Source: Candidatus Zhuqueibacterota bacterium | Lineage (GTDB): Bacteria > Zhuqueibacterota > Zhuqueibacteria > Oleimicrobiales > Geothermoviventaceae | DNA length: 25,250 nt | Reading direction: 5' to 3' | Assembly: GCA_034506315.1 (NCBI GenBank) | Contig: JAPDPT010000054.1 | Span: 1-25,250 of the forward strand | In this document: piece after piece, positions 15,103 through 23,873 of the stretch | Position numbering within the stretch: position 1 is the first letter of the stretch | Layout: each line of letters begins with the position of its first letter | Translations under genes and position numbers: made by a program | Notes under the pieces: generated by a model | Databases searched by the model: none | The model's input: only the letters and a program-made list of their open reading frames with translations | Told to the model about the DNA's origin: nothing

Positions 15103-17304
15103 ATGAGAAGAGGCGCGCGAATTCTTTGGTTGCCCATGCTGTGGATCGTAGCAGGATCGACCACAGCGGGAGTCCTCACGCGTCCAGAGATTGAGCGCAA
15201 GATCGACGATCTTCTGGCACGGATGACGGTCGAGGAGAAGGTGGGGCAGCTTGTTCAGTTCAGCTACCCGGATGTTCAGAACCACGAGGAGCTGATCCGC
15301 CAGGGGAGGGTTGGCTCGTTCCTGAACGTCCGCGATGTGGAAACGGCCAACCGGCTCCAACGGGTCGCGGTGCACGAATCGCGCCTGGGAATTCCCCTCA
15401 TCTTTGGAAATGACGTGATCCACGGTTGCCGGACCATCTTTCCTATCCCCCTGGCGGAGGCTGCAACCTGGAATCCGGAGCTTGTCCGCAGGTGTGCGCG
15501 CATCGCTGCCCGCGAAGCTGCCAGTATCGGCACCCACTGGACTTTCGCGCCGATGGTGGATATCGCCCGTGACCCCCGGTGGGGGAGAATTGCTGAGGGG
15601 GCTGGCGAGGATCCCTATCTCGGATCCGTAATGGCGCGGGCGAAGGTAGAGGGCTTCCAGGGCGACGACCTCTCCCACCCGGAAACCATCGCGGCTTGCC
15701 CGAAACACTACGTTGCCTACGGCGCGGCCGTCGGCGGCCGTGACTACAACACCGTGGATCTCTCGGAGTGGGAGCTCCGGGAGGTGTACCTTCCACCTTT
15801 CCGGGCTGCCATCGAGGCGGGGGCCGCCACCATCATGAGCGCTTTCAACGATCTGTGCGGCGTTCCAGCCTCCGCCAACTCCTTCACGCTCACGCGCATT
15901 CTCCGGGAGGAATGGGGATTTGACGGCTTCGTAGTGAGCGATTGGGATGCCATCGCCGAGCTGGTGAGCCACGGCCTGGCCGCTTCAGTAGAGGAGGCTG
16001 CTCAGCTCGCCCTTCAAGCCGGCGTGGATATGGACATGATGGGCTACGCCTATCACCGCTATCTGGCCGATCTTGTCCAGAGCGGCCGGGTGCCGATGGA
16101 GTGGCTCGATCGATCCGTCCGGCGGGTGCTGCGAGTCAAGTACCTCCTTGGGCTCTTCGAGAGGCCGTTCGTCGACCCGAGACGTCAACGGAGCGTAATT
16201 CTGGCGCCAGAGCATTTGGAGGTCGCCCTTCAGGCTGCACGCGAGGCCATTGTGCTGCTGAAGAACGAAGGCCATGTGCTCCCGCTTCCGAAGAGCTCCG
16301 GCACAGTCGCTGTACTGGGTCCCTTGGCCAACAACCGTGCCGATCTCCTCGGCTCGTGGTCGATGGAGGGAAGGCCCGAGGACGTGGTTACGGTCCTGGA
16401 CGCGATTCGCGAGAAGATAGGGACGAACCGCGTGCTCTTTGCACCCGGCTGCGGCATCTCCGACACCTCGCGCGCAGGGATCGCCGAGGCGGTGGCTCTA
16501 GCCCGGAAGGCGACCGTGGCCATAGTGGTCGTGGGGGAGAGTGCGAACATGAGCGGCGAGGGGGCAAGCAGGGCCCATCTGGACCTGCCCGGAGTTCAGC
16601 TCGAATTGGTGAAAAGCGTCTGGCAAGCCGGCGTCCCGACTGTGGTCGTGCTGGTAAATGGGAGGCCTCTGGCCATCCCCTGGATCGCTGAGCACATCCC
16701 CGCTATTGTGGAGAGTTGGCAATTGGGGGTGCAACACGGGAGAGCTGTGGCCGACGTTCTATTCGGTGATTTCAATCCATGTGGCAAGCTCCCCGCGACT
16801 TTCCCTCGCTCCGTCGGCCAGGTACCCATCTATTACAACCACAAGAACACCGGGCGGCCTCCACAGGCCTCCGAAAGATACTGCTCTAAGTACATCGATG
16901 AGGATTGGAACCCCCTGTATCCCTTTGGTTTCGGCCTAAGCTACACCACGTTTCGCTTCGAGAACCTTCGGCTCAGCGAGAGCCGCATCAGGCCCTATGG
17001 AAAGGTGACGGTGACCGTAGACGTCGTCAACGTGGGGTCTGTGGCGGGTCATGAAGTTGCGCAGCTCTACATTCGTGACGTCGCGGCCAGCCGCACGCGG
17101 CCTGTAAAGGAGCTGCGAGGTTTCCGCAAGGTCTTCCTCCGTCCCGGCGAGAGGGCAACCGTCTGCTTTGAGCTCGGGCCGCACGAGCTGGGGTTCTACA
17201 ATCGGCACATGGAATGGGTGGTCGAGCCCGGTGAGTTCCGCGTTTGGGTAGGCCCGAACTCCGTTGAAGGTCTCGAAGCGCGGTTCGAGGTAGTCACACC
17301 GTAG
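15103..17304 (+). CDS. bglX: Periplasmic/secreted glycoside hydrolase family 3 beta-glucosidase (BglX-like), 733 aa
   Basis: ATG 15103 has AGGAGAAGGAG upstream. Signal peptide MRRGARILWLPMLWIVAGSTTAGV. The GH3 N-terminal TIM-barrel motifs are present (GNDVIHGCRTIFP, KHYVAYGAAVGGRDY, GFDGFVVSDWDA with the nucleophile Asp), as is the C-terminal alpha/beta domain with its FnIII-like tail. Confidence 0.9.
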   Translation: MRRGARILWLPMLWIVAGSTTAGVLTRPEIERKIDDLLARMTVEEKVGQLVQFSYPDVQNHEELIRQGRVGSFLNVRDVETANRLQRVAVHESRLGIPLIFGNDVIHGCRTIFPIPLAEAATWNPELVRRCARIAAREAASIGTHWTFAPMVDIARDPRWGRIAEGAGEDPYLGSVMARAKVEGFQGDDLSHPETIAACPKHYVAYGAAVGGRDYNTVDLSEWELREVYLPPFRAAIEAGAATIMSAFNDLCGVPASANSFTLTRILREEWGFDGFVVSDWDAIAELVSHGLAASVEEAAQLALQAGVDMDMMGYAYHRYLADLVQSGRVPMEWLDRSVRRVLRVKYLLGLFERPFVDPRRQRSVILAPEHLEVALQAAREAIVLLKNEGHVLPLPKSSGTVAVLGPLANNRADLLGSWSMEGRPEDVVTVLDAIREKIGTNRVLFAPGCGISDTSRAGIAEAVALARKATVAIVVVGESANMSGEGASRAHLDLPGVQLELVKSVWQAGVPTVVVLVNGRPLAIPWIAEHIPAIVESWQLGVQHGRAVADVLFGDFNPCGKLPATFPRSVGQVPIYYNHKNTGRPPQASERYCSKYIDEDWNPLYPFGFGLSYTTFRFENLRLSESRIRPYGKVTVTVDVVNVGSVAGHEVAQLYIRDVAASRTRPVKELRGFRKVFLRPGERATVCFELGPHELGFYNRHMEWVVEPGEFRVWVGPNSVEGLEARFEVVTP

Positions 17305-17351
17305 TCGCGGTAAGTTCCCTCCCCCGAGGCGGTGAGGCTTCCTGTTACTAT

Positions 17352-17416
17352 GGAAGGCGAGCCTTCCCGTCGGCGGAAGGGAAAGGCCAGCCTCTCTCCA
17401 CGAGGGAAGGCTCGCC
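17352..17416. terminator. Bidirectional terminator structure between the convergent bglX-like gene and the lipoprotein gene. A 13-bp perfect inverted repeat has nested alternative hairpins.
   Basis: GGCGAGCCTTCCC (17356-17368) pairs with GGGAAGGCTCGCC (17404-17416). Local hairpins include GGAAGG-CGAG-CCTTCC (17352-17367) and CCTTCC-CGTCGGC-GGAAGG (17362-17380). It sits 48 nt after the bglX stop and 28 nt after the lipoprotein stop. Confidence 0.5.
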
Positions 17417-17443
17417 GAGAAAGCATGGTCGCCGGTGCGGGCC

Positions 17444-18337
17444 TTACTTGGCTGCGACAAGCCGAATGGTTGACTGGGTGGCCGTCTCAATGGGCATGGT
17501 CATTTCGGTCTGGCCCGCTACGGCCACGGTACCCTCCGTCTCGGCGGTCGCCTCGAGGTACACAAGCTGGCCCAGAGCGGGGTCGAAGTACCATTCGGAC
17601 GTGAGCGTTCCCTCCGCCTCGAAGGCGATCGTAGCGCCGGTGCTTGGCTCCTGCCCCGAGCCGTCCATCTCCAGTTTGCCTTGCTTTTGACCGAAGTAGC
17701 AGTCGCGCCCCTCGAAGGGACGCCGATCCACGAGCTTGTTCGTGCTTTGGCTGATTACCTTGACGTCCATTCCGCTGCGCTTTACGGTGGTGGTGTCCGT
17801 CTCACTCCAGGTATCCCCGGGAACCGCGGGCCGGCCGGATAACCGCAAGAAGACGCTACGCAGGTTGTCCTCCATATCCACGGTGCCCATTCGGCCTAAG
17901 CTGAGCTCCAGGCGCTGTCCAGCCTCCGGCTTTTCCAAGAGTCGCCCGTCCCTACCGATGCGCATGCCCACGTGCTTGCCAACCAGCTCTGTGACGTCGG
18001 GAGTGATCTCCCCCATGGGCGACTTGATCTGGACGAAAAGGGAATCGATGCAGAAATCGATAAGGGCTGACCCGTCTTTGTACACCTGCTGGGTCGTGAC
18101 GGTGAGACGCAGGCGCGAGGTCGTCTCGCTCTGGAAGCTCTGCCCCATGGTCTCGATGGCTTGCTTAGAGCGGCTCTCAACGGCGTAGGTGAGGACCCTT
18201 CCCTTGTGCCAACGATAAGAGAGTTCGTTCCTCGTGGCGGCTGGTTTTTGGCCCGCACACCCACCCACCAGAAGCATTGCCGTCAGCGAGGCTACCAAGC
18301 CTCGACCGACACCCGATGGACACGGTATCCGCTTCAT
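17444..18337 (-). CDS. Hypothetical lipoprotein (297 aa), probably co-transcribed downstream of mgtE
   Basis: ATG 18337 has GAGGAGGAG upstream. MKRIPCPSGVGRGLVASLTAMLLVGGCAGQ is a signal peptide with a cysteine lipobox. The mature part is a Thr/Ser/Glu-rich soluble domain. No recognisable catalytic motif. Confidence 0.6.
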   Translation of the reverse strand: MKRIPCPSGVGRGLVASLTAMLLVGGCAGQKPAATRNELSYRWHKGRVLTYAVESRSKQAIETMGQSFQSETTSRLRLTVTTQQVYKDGSALIDFCIDSLFVQIKSPMGEITPDVTELVGKHVGMRIGRDGRLLEKPEAGQRLELSLGRMGTVDMEDNLRSVFLRLSGRPAVPGDTWSETDTTTVKRSGMDVKVISQSTNKLVDRRPFEGRDCYFGQKQGKLEMDGSGQEPSTGATIAFEAEGTLTSEWYFDPALGQLVYLEATAETEGTVAVAGQTEMTMPIETATQSTIRLVAAK

Positions 18338-18395
18338 TTTGCTCCTCCTCGGATGGACGTTCGACGATGCGCCTCGGGTCCCCCATGCAACGCGC

Positions 18396-19769
18396 TCAAC
18401 GCAGCATGAAGCTTGCGATGCCCAGATAGATCGCAGTCCCAACGATGTCGGCAAGGGTGGTTACGAGGGGTGTACTGGCTGTGGCCGGATCCTTCTTGAG
18501 CTTGGAGAAGATGAAGGGGAGCAGTACGCCGATCAAACTGCCGACGATCACGTTGATGATCATGGTCAGCACTACGACCAGGGCCACATGGGCGCTTCCG
18601 CCCCGAAAGATGCCCATGAAAGAGATTCCCAATCCCATCGTCAGCCCGAGAGCCCCGGCCACGAAAAGCTCTCTTCCGAGCAGGTAAATCCAGTCCCGCA
18701 TCTCCACCGTACCGAGGGCCATGGCTCGAATGACGAGGGTTGCCGACTGCGAGCCGGCGTTCCCGGCGGTGTCGACCAGGACCGGCAGAAATGTCACCAG
18801 CACGACGTAGCGGGCGATGGTGCTCTCGAAGCCCTGAATGATGCCCCCGGTCACCATATCCATTACGAGGAGCAGGAAAAGCCAGGTGATCCGGCTTCGG
18901 TACAGCTTGGTGAGGGGAACTTCCTTGATCTTCGTGATGAAGTCGAGATCTACAGGCGGGGCTTCGATGGCGGACAGCTTTGTGAAATCCTCCGTCTGTT
19001 CCTCTTGGAGAACGTCTACCATGTCGTCGACCGTCACAATGCCGAGGAGCTTCCCCTTACTGTCGGTCACGGGAAGGCAGATGAGGTCGTATTTCTCCAT
19101 CAGCCGCACGGCCTCTTCTTGGTCCGCTTCCGCCACGATGGACACCACGCTGTGGTCCATAATGGCTTCCACGCGCTCTTCGGGGTGGGCCAGAATGAAG
19201 CGCCGGATGGGTATGTCGTCCAGCAGGAAACCGTTATCGTCGACCACGTAGATGACGTCGATGGTCTCGGCGTCGCGCCCGTTCCGCCGGATGTGCTCAA
19301 GAGCCTGGCCGATGGTCCAGGAGGGCTTCACGGCGACGTAGTCAGGCGTGAGAAGTCTTCCGACGCTGTTCTCGGGAAAGGCGAGGAGCTCGAGGGCTTC
19401 TTTGCGATCTTCCGGGGTGAGGACTTGCAGGATGCGGTGGGCCAGCTCTTCCGGCAGCTCCTCGAGCAACTCCGTCCGGTCGTCCGGCTTGATCTCCGAG
19501 AGGAAGGCCTTGGCCTCCGCGTCCGACAGGCGTTCCAGAAGGGTCTGCTGGAGCCCGACGTCCAGCTTGGCGAAGGCCTCCGACTGAAGCTCCGGAGGCA
19601 AGAGGCGGAAAAGGGTCAGTGCGTCTTCCAGTTCAATCTCGGTCAGCAGGTCAGCGATATCGATCGGCTCCCAAGACGAGACGACATCCGTCAGAGTGTC
19701 CCAGTCCCGTTTGCGGATCGCTTCCTTGATCTCTGGCATCAGCAGCTTGACAACCGGGTTCCATTCCAT
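18396..19769 (-). CDS. mgtE: Magnesium transporter MgtE (N-domain, tandem CBS domains, 5-TM channel domain)
   Basis: ATG 19769 has GAGGAAGAGGG upstream. It has the typical MgtE N-terminus (PEIKEAIRKRDWDTLTDVV...IDIADLL), CBS pairs and a C-terminal TM domain ending in the conserved region TAIYLGIASFMLR. Confidence 0.9.
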   Translation of the reverse strand: MEWNPVVKLLMPEIKEAIRKRDWDTLTDVVSSWEPIDIADLLTEIELEDALTLFRLLPPELQSEAFAKLDVGLQQTLLERLSDAEAKAFLSEIKPDDRTELLEELPEELAHRILQVLTPEDRKEALELLAFPENSVGRLLTPDYVAVKPSWTIGQALEHIRRNGRDAETIDVIYVVDDNGFLLDDIPIRRFILAHPEERVEAIMDHSVVSIVAEADQEEAVRLMEKYDLICLPVTDSKGKLLGIVTVDDMVDVLQEEQTEDFTKLSAIEAPPVDLDFITKIKEVPLTKLYRSRITWLFLLLVMDMVTGGIIQGFESTIARYVVLVTFLPVLVDTAGNAGSQSATLVIRAMALGTVEMRDWIYLLGRELFVAGALGLTMGLGISFMGIFRGGSAHVALVVVLTMIINVIVGSLIGVLLPFIFSKLKKDPATASTPLVTTLADIVGTAIYLGIASFMLR

Positions 19770-19868
19770 GCCCTCTTCCTCAAACTGCGCTTGGAGGTGG
19801 ACGCCTGACCCCTACACTTGCCCACAATTCCTGGAGTTGTCTTTGGCTGCCATTCCGCCAGTCCAACC

Positions 19869-19883
19869 GTTCTGACTCAGAAC
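19869..19883. promoter_or_regulatory. 15-bp perfect palindrome GTTCTGA-C-TCAGAAC about 100 bp upstream of the mgtE start. Candidate operator for a dimeric regulator.
   Basis: Perfect 7-1-7 dyad at 19869-19883. It lies in the 200-bp intergenic region between the M28 peptidase stop and the mgtE start. Confidence 0.35.
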
Positions 19884-19890
19884 ATGCCCT

Positions 19891-19913
19891 GGGAAAACCG
19901 TTGGCTTTTTCCC
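19891..19913 (-). terminator. Hairpin GGGAAAA-(9 nt)-TTTTCCC downstream of the M28 peptidase gene. Possible terminator whose U-run is part of the stem.
   Basis: The arms are at 19891-19897 and 19907-19913. A second GC palindrome GGCGCGGGGTACCGCGCC (19949-19966) starts 3 nt after the peptidase stop codon. Confidence 0.3.
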
Positions 19914-19969
19914 GGGCGCCAGCCCGCCTATCCGACCAGGTCCACGGGGCGCGGGGTACCGCGCCTTTC

Positions 19970-21634
19970 CTACGGGCCGCTCGCTGATTCGGCCTCGGGT
20001 CGCGCCTCCGAAGTCGCTTGGATCCTCGAAGGTGCAAATTCATGCCACGAGGGTCGTTGCCGGGAGATCGCGACGTTCCATACCGTCAGATACACGAGGC
20101 GTACGACCCGTTCCATTTTTTCGGGTATGGCTTTCTCGGGATCATCCGTAGGCTTGTGCAAATCTGGATGGTCCAGTGTGTTGAAAAACAGCACGGGTAC
20201 CCTCTTCCGATAGAAAGGGTAATGATCCGATTGGCGGAAGTAGTTGTCGGCTGAGCGGGTGATTTCCATGTCCACGAACCGGTTGGCCTCCTCCACCATT
20301 GCGAAAAGCTCGGGACTTACTGAGGAACCCGCAACCCCAACCTGATTGGTATCGTTGCGGGAGATCATGTCCAGATTGATCATGGCGATGGTGCTGTCGA
20401 TGGGCAAAAGCGGGTTCGCGGTATAGTAGCGAGATCCGAAGAAGCCTTTTTCCTCCCCGGCAAAGGCGATGAAAAGGATGGAGCGCAGCGGGGCATAGCC
20501 GTTCTGACCGAATGCTTCGGCAAGCTCGATAATCCCAGCGGTCCCGGAGGCGTTGTCGTCCGAACCATTGTAGATTACAGTGTCGTGGACGGTTCCAACG
20601 TGGTCGTAGTGGGCGCCAACTACGATTACCTGATTTCGCAATACCGGATCGGATCCAGGCAGATAGCCCACAACATTCTTAACCCAAGTGAGCTCCTGGC
20701 GAAGCCCCACTTCGATGTGTGCGGTCACCGGAAGGGGAAAGCTCAGCGGTTGTAACGTAGAGTCAATGGTACGCTGCACGTCGACGGGGTCCTTGCCGAG
20801 CATGTGGAAAAGGCTGTCCAGAACGGATCGCCCGATTTGCACCGCTACGAGTTGCTCCTCCGATTCTCGCAATTGCAAGGGGGCTATCTCGCCAGGAGTC
20901 CGACGCATGAGCGACGGCCAGAGGTTCGGAGGTTTGCGGGATACGTGATGCAGGGGATCATTGACCAGGATGAGCCCGATAGCGCCGTGGTCAATGGCAT
21001 TAAGGACCTTCACCAGGGGGTTGCTGTGGTCTGTCGCCTGGCGTCCCTGAAAGACTTCGGTTGAGTCGCGCTCGCGAGGTTCGTGGGTGAAGACAAGAAC
21101 GATCTTCCCCACTGCGTCCACACCTTGGTAATCGTCGTACCCATATTCGGGGGCTGTGATTCCGTAGCCCGCGAAGACCACCTGGCCCTCTACCACGCCG
21201 GACGAGGAAAGCGGCAACGGCACAAAGTCGTCCTTCAATCGACAGGACCACTCACCGACCGGTGTTCGGAAGCGCAGGGTATTGGGTTCACTCAGATAAG
21301 TCTTGCAGACCGCGAACCTCTGGTAGTAGCCCATAGAATCGTTAAGGGGGCGAAGACCTGCCCGCTGGAACTGAGCGGCGATGTAAGCGGCCGCTTTGTC
21401 CAGTTCCGGGCTTGGGGTGTCCCTTCCTCTCATGCTGTCGTGAGCCAGGACCTGGACGTGGTGCTGCAATTCCTTTGCGGTAATGCTTGCAAACCCCTTC
21501 TCCCAGGGAAACCCTTGGCTCCGGGCATCCGAGGCGATCCCGGTAAGAAGAGAGGCGACGGTGAGACCGCCCCACATGGCCCTTCGAACGACCCTGATTG
21601 GCAAGCCCCGCCAGCGCTGGGTTCTTCGATCCAT
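19970..21634 (-). CDS. M28-family zinc peptidase with protease-associated (PA) domain, secreted (554 aa)
   Basis: I chose ATG 21634 (MDRRTQRWRGLPIRVVRRAMWGGLTVASLLTG...) because it is preceded by AGGAG at an 8-nt spacing. The ORF-track TTG 21664 adds 10 residues. M28 zinc-ligand motifs are present (VGAHYDHVG, DDNASGTAGIIE, FIAFAGEEKGFFGS...). Stop is TAG at 19970-19972. Confidence 0.85.
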   Translation of the reverse strand: MDRRTQRWRGLPIRVVRRAMWGGLTVASLLTGIASDARSQGFPWEKGFASITAKELQHHVQVLAHDSMRGRDTPSPELDKAAAYIAAQFQRAGLRPLNDSMGYYQRFAVCKTYLSEPNTLRFRTPVGEWSCRLKDDFVPLPLSSSGVVEGQVVFAGYGITAPEYGYDDYQGVDAVGKIVLVFTHEPRERDSTEVFQGRQATDHSNPLVKVLNAIDHGAIGLILVNDPLHHVSRKPPNLWPSLMRRTPGEIAPLQLRESEEQLVAVQIGRSVLDSLFHMLGKDPVDVQRTIDSTLQPLSFPLPVTAHIEVGLRQELTWVKNVVGYLPGSDPVLRNQVIVVGAHYDHVGTVHDTVIYNGSDDNASGTAGIIELAEAFGQNGYAPLRSILFIAFAGEEKGFFGSRYYTANPLLPIDSTIAMINLDMISRNDTNQVGVAGSSVSPELFAMVEEANRFVDMEITRSADNYFRQSDHYPFYRKRVPVLFFNTLDHPDLHKPTDDPEKAIPEKMERVVRLVYLTVWNVAISRQRPSWHEFAPSRIQATSEARPEAESASGP

Positions 21635-21808
21635 GTCGAATGCTCCTTCGGTTTCGTGAGGCAATTTAGCAAATCGAAGCGAGATTGCCAGACGATTCTG
21701 GTGATCCTTACGGGAAATACGGAGAGAGGTTTCCCGTGTTGGCGATGGGTGAGGGACCCGTATCCGCCTGGGTGGGCGGAGGTCCTGGCCCGTTCAGTAG
21801 AAGGGTCC

Positions 21809-21837
21809 TTGACTCACTGCTGGTGAATGCGTATATT
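21809..21837 (+). promoter_or_regulatory. Sigma70-type promoter of the riboflavin operon: -35 TTGACT, 17-nt spacer, -10 TATATT
   Basis: TTGACT at 21809-21814 and TATATT at 21832-21837. The predicted TSS is about 21844, immediately before the riboswitch P1 stem. Confidence 0.7.
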
Positions 21838-21842
21838 GGCGC

Positions 21843-21966
21843 AGGTCTTCGGGGCCAGGTGGAAGTCCTGACCGGTGGTGAAAGCCCACGAGTCCACTGC
21901 AGGCGGGGTGGACAGAGCCGGTGGAATTCCGGCGCCGACGGTGAAAGTCCGGAGGGGAGAAGACCG
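21843..21966 (+). promoter_or_regulatory. FMN riboswitch (RFN element) aptamer
   Basis: CTTCGGGGCCAGGTGGAAGTCCTGACCGGTGGTGAAAGCCCACGAG...GGTGGAATTCCGGCGCCGACGGTGAAAGTCCGGAGGGGAGAAGAC matches the RFN consensus (CTTCGGGGCAGGGTGAAATTCCCGACCGGCGGTA...AGCCCGCGAGC...GGTGGATTC...CCGACAGTGAAAGTCTGGATGGGAGAAG). The P1 stem pairs GTCTTC (21845-21850) with GAAGAC (21959-21964). Confidence 0.9.
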
Positions 21967-21999
21967 TAGCATGAGCCGCCTCTCCCATAGGAGCTGCAC

Positions 22000-22031
22000 G
22001 GGCCCCGAGTACAAGGAGGGGCCTTTCGTTT
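22000..22031 (+). terminator. Intrinsic terminator forming the expression platform of the FMN riboswitch
   Basis: The GGCCCC (22001-22006) / GGGGCC (22018-22023) stem has an 11-nt loop and is followed by TTTCGTTT. The upstream CTCTCCC (21980-21986) can pair with the aptamer 3' GGGAGA, which would give an anti-terminator alternative. It ends 20 nt before ribD. Confidence 0.7.
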
Positions 22032-22050
22032 ATCTGGCGATCGGGAATCG

Positions 22051-23163
22051 GTGATGCCGGGACGAGAGGAGGATTTCCTCCGAAGAACGATGCAGCTAGC
22101 GAACAAGGGCAGGGGAAGGGTATCACCCAATCCTCTCGTCGGAGCCGTGGTAGTGCGCGATGGGCAGGTGGTGGGCGAAGGCTACCACGCTCAATACGGC
22201 GGTCCTCACGCGGAGGTGGTCGCCCTGGAGAGGGCTGGTGAACGCGCCCGCGGTGCGACCCTGTATGTCAATCTGGAGCCCTGTTGCCATTACGGAAAGA
22301 CGCCCCCGTGCACGGACGCGATCATTCGCGCCGGGATCCGCAAGGTCGTCGTGGCTCTGGTGGACCCCAACCCGCTGGTCAAGGGTCAGGGGATTGAGGC
22401 GTTGCGAAAGGCTGGGATCGAAGTCGAGCTCCGGGATCAGCTTGCCGCGGCGCAACGGCTCAACCGCGGCTACCTGAAATGGATACGAACCGGCCTTCCA
22501 TATGTCACCGCTAAGGCCGCCATTACGCTGGACGGAAAGGTGGCTACGGTCGCGCGGGAATCGAAATGGATTACCTCGGAATCGGCTCGGCGGCGCGCGC
22601 ACCGTCTGCGCGCCGAACACGACGCCGTACTGGTGGGCAGGGGCACACTGTTGGCCGACGATCCCGAGCTGACGGTGCGCTACGTTCGGGGACCCAACCC
22701 CTGGCGTGTCATCCTGGACGAAGATCTCGGAGCCAGCCAAGGGTGCCGGGCCGTAGAGCTCGGGCGGCGCGATGGCAAGACGATCCTCTTTGCCTCGCGT
22801 TCCAAAGTGGATGCCGCGAGCAGCCGACCCTTCCAAGCCGAGGGCATCCACGTCGAGCTCGTCGACTCCCGCGAGAACGGATTCCTCGATCTCAAGCAGG
22901 TTCTGGAGACATTGGGAAAAAGGGGCGTTACTTCCGTTCTCGTCGAGGGAGGGAGCAGCATTTTGACCTCCTTTCTCCGTGAGCAGCTCGTGGACGAACT
23001 CGTGCTGTTCCTTGCCCCGAAGCTGCTGGGCAGCGGCCTCAGTCTGGCGGGAGAGCTCGGCATTTCCAGGTTAGACCAGGCGTTGCAATTCTCGTTCAGC
23101 CGGATCGAACGCCTCGGCCCGGATTTATGCCTGTGGCTGGTTCCTGCGTGGGCGAAGGACTGA
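22051..23163 (+). CDS. ribD: Bifunctional riboflavin biosynthesis protein RibD (diaminohydroxyphosphoribosylaminopyrimidine deaminase / 5-amino-6-(5-phosphoribosylamino)uracil reductase)
   Basis: It has the N-terminal CMP/dCMP-type deaminase zinc motifs (HAEVVAL, PCCHYGKTPPCTDAII) and a C-terminal RibD reductase domain. It starts at the tandem ATG ATG at 22051. Confidence 0.9.
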   Translation: MMPGREEDFLRRTMQLANKGRGRVSPNPLVGAVVVRDGQVVGEGYHAQYGGPHAEVVALERAGERARGATLYVNLEPCCHYGKTPPCTDAIIRAGIRKVVVALVDPNPLVKGQGIEALRKAGIEVELRDQLAAAQRLNRGYLKWIRTGLPYVTAKAAITLDGKVATVARESKWITSESARRRAHRLRAEHDAVLVGRGTLLADDPELTVRYVRGPNPWRVILDEDLGASQGCRAVELGRRDGKTILFASRSKVDAASSRPFQAEGIHVELVDSRENGFLDLKQVLETLGKRGVTSVLVEGGSSILTSFLREQLVDELVLFLAPKLLGSGLSLAGELGISRLDQALQFSFSRIERLGPDLCLWLVPAWAKD

Positions 23164-23166
23164 TCG

Positions 23167-23832
23167 ATGTTCACCGGTCTGATTCGGGAAGTAGGCACCG
23201 TTGCCAGCCTCAGATTCGAGGCCAAGGGCGCTGAATTGACCATCCAGTGCCGGACGATTCTGGACGGCCTGAGAGTAGGAGACAGCGTGGCCGTCGATGG
23301 CGCTTGCCTTACAGTGGCGCGCACGGCTCCGCAGGGTTTCGTGGCGGACGTGGTAGCAGAGACGTTGGAGCGGACCATCATCCGCCGCTACACCCCGGGG
23401 ACTCCGGTCAATCTGGAGCCAGCCCTCCGTCTCGGAGAGCCTCTCGGCGGCCACATGGTCCTGGGGCACGTGGATGGCGTGGCCGAAATCCTTGAATTCG
23501 TACCCGAGGGTGAGGGCAGACGAATGTGGCTGCGAGCTCCAGCCCACCTTCGCCGGTACATTGCGGAGAAAGGATCGGTTGCCATTAACGGAGTGAGTCT
23601 GACCGTCGCTTCGGTCCGGGGCGGCGACTTCAGCGTGGCGCTCATCCCCTTCACTCTCCAGCAGACGAATCTGGGCCGCCTCGTGCCGGGAGCACAGGTG
23701 AACCTGGAAGTGGATGTGATCGCCCGTTACGTCGAGCGCCTGGTGCAGTTCCGCGCCGCCATGGGCAACGGGATCACCTGGGAGCGCTTGGAAGAACTGG
23801 GATTTGCCGCGAGCGGATCCCTTGGCTCTTGA
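23167..23832 (+). CDS. ribE: Riboflavin synthase (alpha subunit)
   Basis: [12 protein letters not shown]... is followed by two lumazine-binding repeats ([13 protein letters not shown] and [12 protein letters not shown]). It starts 4 nt after the ribD stop. Confidence 0.9.
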   Translation: MFTGLIREVGTVASLRFEAKGAELTIQCRTILDGLRVGDSVAVDGACLTVARTAPQGFVADVVAETLERTIIRRYTPGTPVNLEPALRLGEPLGGHMVLGHVDGVAEILEFVPEGEGRRMWLRAPAHLRRYIAEKGSVAINGVSLTVASVRGGDFSVALIPFTLQQTNLGRLVPGAQVNLEVDVIARYVERLVQFRAAMGNGITWERLEELGFAASGSLGS

Positions 23833-23873
23833 AAAGAGCATGCTCGGACAAAGCTGTTTGGGAGATCCGGGCC

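Noticed and set aside
14521-15972. 483-aa ORF on the - strand overlapping the secreted-protein and GH3 genes
   Set aside because: It is antisense to two well-supported genes and has a Pro/Arg/Gly-rich composition typical of out-of-frame GC-rich reading.
18234-19808. 524-aa ORF on the + strand antisense to mgtE
   Set aside because: It is a shadow ORF. The mgtE assignment on the minus strand is unambiguous.
19770-19969. M-box (ykoK) magnesium riboswitch expected upstream of mgtE
   Set aside because: I could not recognise the M-box conserved cores by eye in the leader. The absence is not proven, and a covariance-model scan is needed.
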